Assembly (NCBI GenBank): GCA_036835165.1
Contig: DAITML010000002.1
Coordinates: forward strand, 2,559 to 66,558
DNA: 64,000 nt
Direction: 5' to 3'
Origin: Synergistaceae bacterium
GTDB lineage: Bacteria; Synergistota; Synergistia; Synergistales; Synergistaceae
Shown here: one piece after another, positions 9,317 through 18,062 of the stretch
How the letters are laid out: the number at the start of each line of letters is the position of its first letter
Position numbering within the stretch: position 1 is the first letter of the stretch
Translations under genes and position numbers: made by a program
Notes under the pieces: model-generated
The model's input: the letters and a program-made list of their open reading frames with translations, nothing else
Told to the model about the DNA's origin: nothing
Database searches by the model: none

Positions 9317-10263
9317 TGAAATATTCCCTTATATTCCCCGGACAGGGAGCACAGAGGCCCGGAATGGGCAAGGAGCTTTACGACAAGTTCGATGCTTCAA
9401 GGATGGTTTTCGAAGAGGCCGATGAGGCGCTTGGATTCAAGATAAGCGACCTGATATTCAACGGGACTAAGGAAGACCTTATGAAGACGGCAATAACCCA
9501 GCCTGCCATCCTGACTGTGAGCATAGCTGCACAGAGAGGCCTTGAAAGCGCTTATGGAAAAAAGCTTGAACCTTTCCTCGCTGCCGGACACAGCCTGGGT
9601 GAGTATACTTCACTTGTTGCAACAGGTGCGATAAGCCTCTCTGACGGGGTAAGGCTCGTACATCTCAGAGGGACTCTGATGCAGGAAGCTGTCCCGATCG
9701 GCGTGGGCGCCATGTCTGCCATTGTAGGCATGAACATGGAAGAAGTTGTCTCATTCTGTGAAGAAGCAGCCCAGGGAGAGGTATGTGAGGCCGCAAACAT
9801 AAATTCGCAGGAGCAGATAGTCATCTCGGGACATAAGGGGGCCGTAGACAGGGCCTCTGCTGCAATAGAAGCCACCGGCAGGGCAAAAGTGCTTCCTCTC
9901 AGGGTCAGTGCTCCCTTTCATTGCGAGCTTATGCGCCCGGTAGGAGTAAAACTGAGGGATGAATTTGAAAACATCAGCTGGAATGAACCCTGCTGTCCGA
10001 TAGTCACAAATGCTGCTGCAAAGGCTGTGAAGGATGTCGGGACACTTAAAGAGGCCCTCTACATGCAGACATTTTCGCCTGTGCTGTGGATGCAGAGCGT
10101 AATTGAGATGGAAAACAAGGGCACCGGGGGCTATATCGAACTTGGTCCGGGAAGTGTGCTTTCAGGTCTGATAAGAAAGATATCAAAGAACAAAAGGCCA
10201 TTTCCGGTCTCAGGACCGGAAGAACTTGATGCGGCACTTGAGTTTTTGAAGGGGGGAGTTTGA
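9316..10263 (+). CDS. fabD: malonyl-CoA:ACP transacylase
   Basis: FPGQGAQ, TQPAI, GHSLGEY, SAPFHC. Confidence 0.97.
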   Translation: MKYSLIFPGQGAQRPGMGKELYDKFDASRMVFEEADEALGFKISDLIFNGTKEDLMKTAITQPAILTVSIAAQRGLESAYGKKLEPFLAAGHSLGEYTSLVATGAISLSDGVRLVHLRGTLMQEAVPIGVGAMSAIVGMNMEEVVSFCEEAAQGEVCEAANINSQEQIVISGHKGAVDRASAAIEATGRAKVLPLRVSAPFHCELMRPVGVKLRDEFENISWNEPCCPIVTNAAAKAVKDVGTLKEALYMQTFSPVLWMQSVIEMENKGTGGYIELGPGSVLSGLIRKISKNKRPFPVSGPEELDAALEFLKGGV

Positions 10264-11003
10264 TGCAGAATGAAAGGATCGCCCTCGTAACAGGCGCGAG
10301 CCGGGGCATAGGCAGGGAGACAGCTCTTGAACTGGCCAGGAGAGGATGTTCCGTCGCAGTAAATTACAGCAGGTCGGAAAAGGCTGCTGAAGAGACTGTC
10401 GCCGAGATTGAAGCCATGGGTCGGAGGGCGTTTGCCGTAAAGGCCGATGTGTCATCTGCAGCTGAGGTCAAAGAAATGTTTGCCGCAGTTGCCTCAAAAC
10501 TTGGACCGGTAGAAATACTCGTGTGCAATGCAGGCATTACCAGAGACAATCTTCTCATGAGGATGAAGGAAGATGAATGGAACGATGTCATATCCGCAGA
10601 TCTTTCCTCCCTCTTCTACTGCGCCAAGGAAGCGCTCCGCCCTATGCTTAAGGCAAGGTGGGGCAGGATAATTGCCATAAGTTCCGTCACGGGACTGGTC
10701 GGAAATCCGGGGCAGTGCAATTATGCTGCGGCAAAAGCCGGAATGACGGGATTCATCAAGAGCCTTGCAAAGGAAGTAGGTTCAAGGGGCATAACGGCAA
10801 ATGCGGTAGCTCCGGGCTACATAGAGACAGACATGACATCGGAACTTCCGTCGGAGATCAGGGAGGCCATGCTGAAAAATATACCTTCCGGAAGAACGGG
10901 TACCCCCTCTGACGTAGCCAAAGCTGTGGCATTTATTGCTTCAGAGGATTCGGAGTATATACAGGGACAGGTCATAGCGGTTGATGGCGGAATGACGATG
11001 TAA
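10263..11003 (+). CDS. fabG: 3-oxoacyl-ACP reductase
   Basis: TGASRGIG, NAGITRDNL, YAAAK. Confidence 0.97.
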   Translation: MQNERIALVTGASRGIGRETALELARRGCSVAVNYSRSEKAAEETVAEIEAMGRRAFAVKADVSSAAEVKEMFAAVASKLGPVEILVCNAGITRDNLLMRMKEDEWNDVISADLSSLFYCAKEALRPMLKARWGRIIAISSVTGLVGNPGQCNYAAAKAGMTGFIKSLAKEVGSRGITANAVAPGYIETDMTSELPSEIREAMLKNIPSGRTGTPSDVAKAVAFIASEDSEYIQGQVIAVDGGMTM

Positions 11004-11066
11004 AGAGATCATTGCAAAGAAAAAATATGGGTCTTGGCAGAGAATAATTGGAAGGAGGTGAACTGT

Positions 11067-11318
11067 ATGAAATTGGAAGAAGTACAGGCAAAACTTAAGG
11101 AGATCGTGATGGACCGCCTTAACGCGGAAGAGGAGCAGATCAAGCCGGAAGCATCATTTGTCGAGGATCTTGGCGCTGACTCCCTTGATATCGTTGAGCT
11201 CATCATGGGTATCGAAGAGGAATTTGACATCGAGATCCCTGATGAAGATGCAGAAAAACTTACCACAGTCGGCGAAGCAATGAACTATGTAAAGGCCAAA
11301 CTGGGAGTGGAAGGCTAG
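11067..11318 (+). CDS. acpP: acyl carrier protein
   Basis: [14 protein letters not shown] phosphopantetheine site; AAGGAGGTG RBS. Confidence 0.97.
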   Translation: MKLEEVQAKLKEIVMDRLNAEEEQIKPEASFVEDLGADSLDIVELIMGIEEEFDIEIPDEDAEKLTTVGEAMNYVKAKLGVEG

Positions 11319-11337
11319 ATCAGTAAATGAATCTTTT

Positions 11338-11369
11338 TAGGAGGGGCTGCATAATGCCGGTCCCTCCTA
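11338..11369 (+). other. stable hairpin between acpP and fabF (mRNA stabiliser or partial terminator)
   Basis: TAGGAGGGGCTG...CGGTCCCTCCTA 12-bp stem with G-U pairs. Confidence 0.6.
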
Positions 11370-11388
11370 TCTTCACGGAGGAAAGTCA

Positions 11389-12627
11389 ATGAGAAGAGTA
11401 GCGATCACAGGAGTGGGTCCGGTTACGCCCATAGGAATCGGCAAAGAGGAGTACTGGAAGGCGCTTGAGGAAGGCAAAAGCGGTGTTGGCCTTATATCCC
11501 TTTTTGATACTTGCCAGCACAGTGTAAAAATTGGCGCGGAGATAAAAGATTTTGATCCTGAAAAGTGGCTTGATAAAAAGGAAGTTCGCCGTACAGACAG
11601 GATCCTGCACCTCTCAACTGCTGCGACTGACCTGGCTGTTAAGGACTCCGGCCTTGATCTTGGATCTTTGAATAAGGAACTGTTCGGTGTCTATATGGGA
11701 AGCGGAGTCGGCGGCATCGGAACGATAGACGACAGCTTCACCACCCTATTTGAAAAAGGACCAAGCAGGGTAAGTCCTTTCATGGTACCGATGATGATAG
11801 CAAATATGCCTGCAGCCTACGCAGCGATACGGTATGGAGCAAAAGGTCCGAACATGGCTGTAGTCACTGCATGCGCTTCCGCCACCAACAGCATAGGGGA
11901 AGCCTACTACTGTATACAGCGCGGCGATGCAGACGTCATGATCTCAGGTGGAGCGGAGGCTGCGATAACTTCGATAGCCACTGCGGGATTCGCTTCCCTT
12001 AAAGCCCTCTCTACAAGAAACGACGACCCCGAGCATGCTTCAAGGCCATTTGATTCTAAACGAGATGGTTTTGTAATGGGCGAAGGTTCGGGAGTACTGA
12101 TACTCGAAGAACTTGAGCATGCAAAGAGACGCGGCGCTCATATCTATGCCGAGATCACCGGATATGGCAATACCTGTGATGCATATCACATTACAGCGCC
12201 CGATCCTGAGGGTGAGGGTGCCTATCGGTCAATGGCCATGGCCATGAGGAATGCAGGCTGGTCTCAGGAAGATGTAGACCTGATAAATGCTCACGGGACT
12301 TCAACTCCGCTGAATGACAAGATGGAGACCGCTGCGATCAAAAGGCTTCTAGGCGAATACGCAGGAAAAGTGATGGTACAGTCAACGAAGTCGATGATAG
12401 GCCATCTCCTCGGGGCAGCCGGCGCTGTTGAAACGATTGCGGCCATTCTGGCGATAGAGGAAGGGATAGTCCATCCTACTATCAATCAGTTTGATCCGGA
12501 TCCCGAATGTGATCTCAACACAGTCCCCAATAAGGCTGCGAGAGCTAAAGTTGACAGGGTGCTTATAAACAATTTCGGTTTTGGAGGCCACAACGGAGTG
12601 CTTGCGATAGAACGCTGCAAAGACTGA
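11389..12627 (+). CDS. fabF: beta-ketoacyl-ACP synthase II
   Basis: TACAS, INAHGTSTPLND, TKSMIGHLLGAAG, NNFGFGGHN. Confidence 0.97.
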   Translation: MRRVAITGVGPVTPIGIGKEEYWKALEEGKSGVGLISLFDTCQHSVKIGAEIKDFDPEKWLDKKEVRRTDRILHLSTAATDLAVKDSGLDLGSLNKELFGVYMGSGVGGIGTIDDSFTTLFEKGPSRVSPFMVPMMIANMPAAYAAIRYGAKGPNMAVVTACASATNSIGEAYYCIQRGDADVMISGGAEAAITSIATAGFASLKALSTRNDDPEHASRPFDSKRDGFVMGEGSGVLILEELEHAKRRGAHIYAEITGYGNTCDAYHITAPDPEGEGAYRSMAMAMRNAGWSQEDVDLINAHGTSTPLNDKMETAAIKRLLGEYAGKVMVQSTKSMIGHLLGAAGAVETIAAILAIEEGIVHPTINQFDPDPECDLNTVPNKAARAKVDRVLINNFGFGGHNGVLAIERCKD

Positions 12628-12628
12628 G

Positions 12629-13318
12629 ATGAAAAGCTTCGACAGTGAGAAGCCCGCAGAAGAGATCCAAAAAAGAATAGGCTACAGATTCAAGGATAAG
12701 GATCTTCTTAAAGAAGCACTGACCCATTCGTCTTATGCAAATGAAGCGGGTCCGGAGCCTCATAACGAGAGGATAGAGTTCCTTGGGGATGCTGTGCTGG
12801 AACTGACTGTCTCTGATCTTCTTTATAAAAGATACAAAGACCTGGATGAAGGGCAGCTCACCAGGATACGCTCACAGATAGTCTGTGAGAAAAAATTGTA
12901 CGAATGGGCCCTTGCTGTCGGACTTCATGGTGCGATCAGACTTGGGAGAAGCCTGATAAAGAAGGGCCCAACGCCTGCAATGGCCGCTGACGCGGCCGAA
13001 TCACTCTTCGGAGCCGTATTTATTGACGGCGGCTACATCCCGGCACTTTCACTTGCGAAGGCATACCTTGATTTTCACAGCAGTGAACTCTCTCCCGACC
13101 GGCTGGACACCAAGACGCTCCTGCAGGAGACGCTCCAGTCCATGGGTAGGGGAGTCCCATATTACAGGACAGTGGAACGTAAAGGTCCCGACCACTCACT
13201 CAAATTCAAAGTTGAGGTGACCATCGGGGACGAACTGCTCGCTGAAGCCTGGGGAAATACGATAAAAGAGGCTGAATTCTATGCTGCCGGAGCCGCCCTT
13301 GAGAAGATGCGAAAATAA
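12629..13318 (+). CDS. rnc: ribonuclease III
   Basis: ALTHSSY, NERIEFLGDAVL, C-terminal dsRBD (KTLLQE...GPDH). Confidence 0.96.
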   Translation: MKSFDSEKPAEEIQKRIGYRFKDKDLLKEALTHSSYANEAGPEPHNERIEFLGDAVLELTVSDLLYKRYKDLDEGQLTRIRSQIVCEKKLYEWALAVGLHGAIRLGRSLIKKGPTPAMAADAAESLFGAVFIDGGYIPALSLAKAYLDFHSSELSPDRLDTKTLLQETLQSMGRGVPYYRTVERKGPDHSLKFKVEVTIGDELLAEAWGNTIKEAEFYAAGAALEKMRK

Positions 13319-13569
13319 GGAGCGGCAAATAACCTTTAAGCATCACTTCAGCCTGTATTTTTTGAATGCCTTATCAGACAAAATGCAACTTAAGCCTGCA
13401 ATCAGCTCATACCTGACTCCGAAGCGAACTATTTATCTGTGATGCCTTCCTGATATTCTCCAATAATCTAAAAAAAGTGTATTTCTCAGATATTTTGGGC
13501 TGAAAATGGCCGGCTTGACTCTTTTCAGATATTTTTTGAAGAAGAATATGATGAATATTGCTAAATTTT

Positions 13570-13583
13570 TGCAACCGATTGCA
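13570..13583. promoter_or_regulatory. LacI-family-type palindromic operator overlapping the pyr -35 box
   Basis: TGCAA-C-CG-A-TTGCA; central CG, 12 of 14 positions palindromic. Confidence 0.55.
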
Positions 13584-13607
13584 TAATAATTAAAAAGGGG
13601 GTATAAT
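13579..13607 (+). promoter_or_regulatory. sigma70 promoter of pyr leader/pyrR-pyrB-pyrC
   Basis: TTGCAT (13579-84), 17 nt spacer, TATAAT (13602-07). Confidence 0.8.
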
Positions 13608-13638
13608 ACCCCAAGTCAAGCAGACGGAGGGAAAGCGA

Positions 13639-13719
13639 ATGAGAACGGAAAGAATATCGTCGATATCTGTACAGTTCTGTCGCAGACGTGATGTGCTGCT
13701 TTTAATAAGTATTTTTTAA
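13639..13719 (+). CDS. putative pyr operon leader peptide (26 aa, MRTERISSISVQFCRRRDVLLLISIF)
   Basis: GGAGG RBS at 13626-30, ATG at 13639; TAA stop overlaps the 5' arm of the attenuator hairpin; below ORF-track cutoff. Confidence 0.7.
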   Translation: MRTERISSISVQFCRRRDVLLLISIF

Positions 13720-13746
13720 GATCGCCAAAAGAGGCGGTCTTTTTTT
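13718..13746 (+). terminator. intrinsic terminator (attenuator) upstream of pyrR
   Basis: AAGATCGCC-AAAAGA-GGCGGTCTT followed by T run; lies between the promoter and pyrR. Confidence 0.85.
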
Positions 13747-13769
13747 ATTTATAAAAAGGAGGGGTAAAA

Positions 13770-14324
13770 TTGACAGTTTTAAGAGAAAAGGCGAAGTTGA
13801 TGAGTTCAGATGACCTGAACAGGGTCATAAAGAGGATCGCTCATGAGATGGTCGAGCAGAACAAAGGTACCGAGAACATGATCCTGGTAGGGATACACAG
13901 AAGGGGTGTCTATCTTGCACGTCGTCTGCAGAAGATAATCGAGGAGGTCGAGGGTACCAAGGTTCCCTGCGGAGAACTTGACATCACATTGTACAGGGAC
14001 GACCTGACGATGCTCTTCGAACAGCCGATGGTACACAGCACAAGGATGCCTCAGGACATTTCAGGCAAGAATATTTTTCTTGTAGACGATGTGCTCTACA
14101 CGGGCAGGACTGTACGTGCAGCCCTGGAGGCTCTGGTGGACCTGGGACGTCCATCTTCTGTGAAACTTGCGGTAATAATCGACAGGGGACACAGGGAGCT
14201 TCCCATACATGCGGATATGTGCGGCAAGAATGTGCCGACATCAAAGAATGAAGTCATAGAAGTAAAAGTTGCAGAGCTTGACGGAAAGGACGAGGTGGTT
14301 ATCTGTGAACGCGACGCCCAGTGA
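13770..14324 (+). CDS. pyrR: bifunctional pyr attenuation protein / uracil phosphoribosyltransferase
   Basis: RIAHE, LDITLYRDDL, VDDVLYTGRTVRAAL, DRGHRELPI; TTG start with AAGGAGG RBS. Confidence 0.96.
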   Translation: MTVLREKAKLMSSDDLNRVIKRIAHEMVEQNKGTENMILVGIHRRGVYLARRLQKIIEEVEGTKVPCGELDITLYRDDLTMLFEQPMVHSTRMPQDISGKNIFLVDDVLYTGRTVRAALEALVDLGRPSSVKLAVIIDRGHRELPIHADMCGKNVPTSKNEVIEVKVAELDGKDEVVICERDAQ

Positions 14325-15261
14325 GATCGGACAGATAGTCTGGCGTCACAGGAATGTGATCGATGTAGACTGCTTTACAAGGGAGGAACTCTACTTTCTG
14401 CTGGACCAGGCACGCCATATGGAGAACGTAATGGACAGGCCCATCAAAAAAGTTCCGGTCCTCAGAGGAAAAATGGCTGTCAATCTCTTTTTTGAGAATT
14501 CGACCAGAACAAGGGTCTCCTTCGAGCTTGCAGAGAAGATGCTTTCTGCGGACGTGGTCAACTGGTCGGTATCCGGATCGAGCCATGCAAAAGGCGAAAC
14601 AATGAGGGATACTGCCTGGACCCTGGAAGCAATGGGAGCAGACATAGTGGTAATGAGGCACGGAGCTGTAGGTGCAGCCCAGTATCTGGCATCAAAACTA
14701 AAAAGAGCCATAGTCCTTAACGCAGGCGACGGAACGCACGCACATCCGACCCAGGCTCTCCTTGACCTCTATACTGCGTGGAAACATCTGGGAAATCTCG
14801 AGGGCAAAAAGATAGCGCTGGTGGGAGATGTGCTCCACAGCCGCGTAGCAAGAAGCGATGTCATAGCATTTAAAACGATAGGCTGCGATGTCGTGCTCTC
14901 CGGTCCGCCCACTATGATGCCCAGAGAGATAAACGCCCTTGGATGCAGATACGAAAAAGATCCCAGAAAGGCTGTTCAGGATGCTGATATGGTATATCTG
15001 CTGAGGATACAGAAGGAACGTCAGCAGGACGGACTCTTCCCCTCCGTGGACGAATATCACCGCTGGTGGGGAGCTGATGATGATCTTATGAAATATGCAA
15101 AGCCGGGGGCGTTGGCTATGCACCCGGGACCGATCAACAGGGGCGTGGAAATTGCCTCCGAAGTTGCGGACGGACATCAGAGCGTAATACTTGAGCAGGT
15201 CCGTTCAGGAGTTGCCATACGCATGGCTCTGCTCTATCTCTGCGGAGGAGGCGCAAGATAA
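14305..15261 (+). CDS. pyrB: aspartate carbamoyltransferase catalytic subunit
   Basis: FFENSTRTRVSFE, NAGDG..HPTQALLD, MHPGPINRGVEI; GTG start inferred from GAGGTGG RBS. Confidence 0.95.
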   Translation: MNATPSEIGQIVWRHRNVIDVDCFTREELYFLLDQARHMENVMDRPIKKVPVLRGKMAVNLFFENSTRTRVSFELAEKMLSADVVNWSVSGSSHAKGETMRDTAWTLEAMGADIVVMRHGAVGAAQYLASKLKRAIVLNAGDGTHAHPTQALLDLYTAWKHLGNLEGKKIALVGDVLHSRVARSDVIAFKTIGCDVVLSGPPTMMPREINALGCRYEKDPRKAVQDADMVYLLRIQKERQQDGLFPSVDEYHRWWGADDDLMKYAKPGALAMHPGPINRGVEIASEVADGHQSVILEQVRSGVAIRMALLYLCGGGAR

Positions 15262-16565
15262 TGGGAAAGATACTGTTTAAAGACTTTAAGATCTTCAATG
15301 GAAGAGAATTCATAGATGCCAGAGATGTGCTTGTTGACGGCGAAAGAATATCCGCAGTCGGAAACGGCCTTGAAGAGACAGGCGCAGAGATCATTGAAGG
15401 ATACGGCAAGATACTCTCGCCCGGTTTTGTGGACCTTCACGCGCATTTCAGGGATCCCGGAGGAGAATGGAACGAGGATATAGCTTCGGGTGCAAGGGCA
15501 GGAGCTGCCGGCGGATTTACCACGCTTGTGGCTATGCCCAACACAAAGCCGGCAATATCAGAACCCTCACTGGTGGAGTATGTGCTCAGCCATGGGAAAG
15601 CGGCAGGTGCATCAAGGATCCTTCCCTCCGGATGTGTAAGCAAAAACAGGGAGGGTAAGGAGATGGCAGAACTTCTTAAAATGGCGGATGCCGGAGCGGT
15701 GTTTTTCACCGACGACGGAGCTCCCATAGCCACAAGCTCACTCTTTCGTCTTGCGCTCGTGTATACAGGCAAGGACCAGCCAAGGATAATGGAACATCCG
15801 GAGGAGATAAGCCTCTTCAAAGGCGGTCAGGTCCATGAGGGCAGAGTCAGCGCACTCAGCGGACTTAAGGGCATTCCTGCGGCTTCTGAAGAGATCGATG
15901 TTGCCAGAGGTATTGCACTGGCCAGAGAGACAGGAGGAAGAGTCCACTTCACGCACCTCAGCAGCGCCGGAGCGATAGGGCTGATCAGGCAGGCAAAGAA
16001 GGAGGGGCTTGACATAACCTGTGATACGACATTCCATCATCTGACGCTGAACGAGAATGCGGTCATCAACAGCGGTTATAATTCAAGGTACAAGGTCAAT
16101 CCTCCGCTCAGAAGCAAAGCGGATCAGGCGGCGCTCTGGGAAGGACTGCTTGATGATACTATAGATGCCATAGTTACAGATCACGCGCCCTGGCACATGG
16201 ATGAGAAGGACGAGCCCTTCCAGGAAGCTCCCTTTGGCATCGCGTCACTTGAATGTGCCGCGGCGGTGCTTATAGATTTCAAAAACAAGAACTATCCCGA
16301 TGTCCCGATTGAGTTTATACTGAAGAAAATGACAAGTTCACCTGCATCGCTCCTTCCAGAAAAATGGCATTCCCTTGGCAAAATTGAGGAGGGAACTTTT
16401 GCCGACTTGACTGTCATAGACATGGAAAGGACAAGGATAGTGGACTGCAATGAATGGCACAGCAAAGCAAGATGCTGCCCATGGGAAGGCATCGCGCTCA
16501 GCGGCTGGCCGGTAATGACTTTTGTCGAAGGCAGGAAGATCTGGCAGGACAACGAAGAACTGTAA
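15261..16565 (+). CDS. pyrC: dihydroorotase (type I)
   Basis: VDLHAHFRDPG, MPNT, FTDDG, KVNPPLR, TDHAP. Confidence 0.92.
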   Translation: MGKILFKDFKIFNGREFIDARDVLVDGERISAVGNGLEETGAEIIEGYGKILSPGFVDLHAHFRDPGGEWNEDIASGARAGAAGGFTTLVAMPNTKPAISEPSLVEYVLSHGKAAGASRILPSGCVSKNREGKEMAELLKMADAGAVFFTDDGAPIATSSLFRLALVYTGKDQPRIMEHPEEISLFKGGQVHEGRVSALSGLKGIPAASEEIDVARGIALARETGGRVHFTHLSSAGAIGLIRQAKKEGLDITCDTTFHHLTLNENAVINSGYNSRYKVNPPLRSKADQAALWEGLLDDTIDAIVTDHAPWHMDEKDEPFQEAPFGIASLECAAAVLIDFKNKNYPDVPIEFILKKMTSSPASLLPEKWHSLGKIEEGTFADLTVIDMERTRIVDCNEWHSKARCCPWEGIALSGWPVMTFVEGRKIWQDNEEL

Positions 16566-16665
16566 AAGCTGACCAGGCAACAAAGCATAGGGAAGCATAG
16601 GTGCAGGGGCGTCTTAAAGTCTGTCAGATCATGAGTAAGAGGATTTTGACATCTTAAAGGGGCCC

Positions 16666-16707
16666 CTGTTGTTGTGTGTGATCTCATAACGACAATAGAG
16701 GTTTTTT
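16666..16707 (+). terminator. possible terminator between pyrC and pyrF
   Basis: CTGTTGTTGT...ACGACAATAG stem (with G-U pairs) followed by AGGTTTTTT. Confidence 0.5.
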
Positions 16708-16755
16708 GCCGATGCATCTGCATTTGGCTGAAGATATAATTACGGAGGTGTAGGT

Positions 16756-17460
16756 TTGGATAATAAAAAGTGCGAACTGATAGTGGCTATGGATCTGCCG
16801 ACCCCCGACGGTGCAAGAGATTTTCTTGACAGGCTGGATATGGCGACGCCCTATGTAAAAATAGGGCCAAGGCTTTATGCTATGGGCGGAGCGCCGTTGA
16901 TCAACGAAACAGTAAACCGGGGATACAGGCTTTTCCTTGACCTCAAGCTTCATGACATACCAAATACTGTCGCATCAGCAGTTGAGCCACTATGTGAAAT
17001 GGGGCTCTGGGCTCTTACCATACACACCTCAGGCGGACATGAAATGATGGCTCGTTCCGTTGCAATGAGGGACAAGAAGGGGAGCAAAATGAACATCTTC
17101 GGAATAACGGTCCTTACGAGCCTGGGCGGTGATCTGTGGAGCGAAGTCCACCCGGGCTCTGACATTGGTCGTTCACTTGAAGCTAGGGCCATTGCAGCGG
17201 AAAAGGCCGGTCTTGACGGTATTGTATGTTCCCCGCTGGATCTTGAGCTGCTTAGAGGAAGGGCTCCGGGACTGTTGAGGGTCGTCCCCGGCATCAGGAG
17301 GACAAAGGCATCCACAGAAGATCAGACAAGAGTGGCAACTGCGAGTCAGGCCGCCGCGGCGGGGGCTTCCTTCATAGTCGTTGGCCGGCCGATACTTGAA
17401 GCTTCAGACCCGATCCTGGAGGTAAAAAAAATCATGGAAGAGATATCGGAGGTGCAGTGA
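16756..17460 (+). CDS. pyrF: orotidine-5'-phosphate decarboxylase
   Basis: DLKLHDIPNTV, VTVLTS-like ITVLTS, PGIR, VVGRPI; TTG start with GGAGGTG RBS. Confidence 0.96.
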   Translation: MDNKKCELIVAMDLPTPDGARDFLDRLDMATPYVKIGPRLYAMGGAPLINETVNRGYRLFLDLKLHDIPNTVASAVEPLCEMGLWALTIHTSGGHEMMARSVAMRDKKGSKMNIFGITVLTSLGGDLWSEVHPGSDIGRSLEARAIAAEKAGLDGIVCSPLDLELLRGRAPGLLRVVPGIRRTKASTEDQTRVATASQAAAAGASFIVVGRPILEASDPILEVKKIMEEISEVQ

Positions 17461-18062
17461 TGGAGATAAATCATCCAAATACAGGCGATAAAGCTGTGAC
17501 TGAGAGGATCATGGAAATGATGAAGGGGAGCGGCGCTCACCTTGAAGGGCACTTCAAACTGACCTCCGGACTTCACAGCGGCCATTATATACAGTGCGCT
17601 TTGATGCTCCGTTTCCCTCGCTTTGCGGCTTATGCCGGGGAAAAACTTGCTGAGAGGCTCGCTCCGTCAAAACCTGAGATGGTCCTTTCACCCGCTCTCG
17701 GGGGCCTGATAATAGGTCATGAGGTGGCAAGGGCACTGGGAGTCCCGTTCATATTCTGTGAAAGACAGGATGGAGTAATGAGGCTCAGGAGATTTCCCCA
17801 TCCCGGAAAAGTACGCTTTGCACTGGTGGAAGATGTTGTGACCACCGGCAAATCATCACGCGAAACGGCTGAGATACTGGTCGAAGGAGGGGCGGAGTGG
17901 ATATCTTCGGCCTCTATCATTGACAGGCGTACGGATGATGCATATAAGGGCTGGGATCTTATTTCCCTCTGGAAGCTTTGCTTCCCGCTCTACGAGGAGA
18001 AGGACTGCCCGCTCTGTAAAGAGGGGCTTCAGCTTATAAAACCTGGGAGCCGTCCGGGCTGA
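17460..18062 (+). CDS. pyrE: orotate phosphoribosyltransferase
   Basis: GHFKLTSGLHS, PALGG, VEDVVTTGKS, KPGSR. Confidence 0.95.
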   Translation: MEINHPNTGDKAVTERIMEMMKGSGAHLEGHFKLTSGLHSGHYIQCALMLRFPRFAAYAGEKLAERLAPSKPEMVLSPALGGLIIGHEVARALGVPFIFCERQDGVMRLRRFPHPGKVRFALVEDVVTTGKSSRETAEILVEGGAEWISSASIIDRRTDDAYKGWDLISLWKLCFPLYEEKDCPLCKEGLQLIKPGSRPG

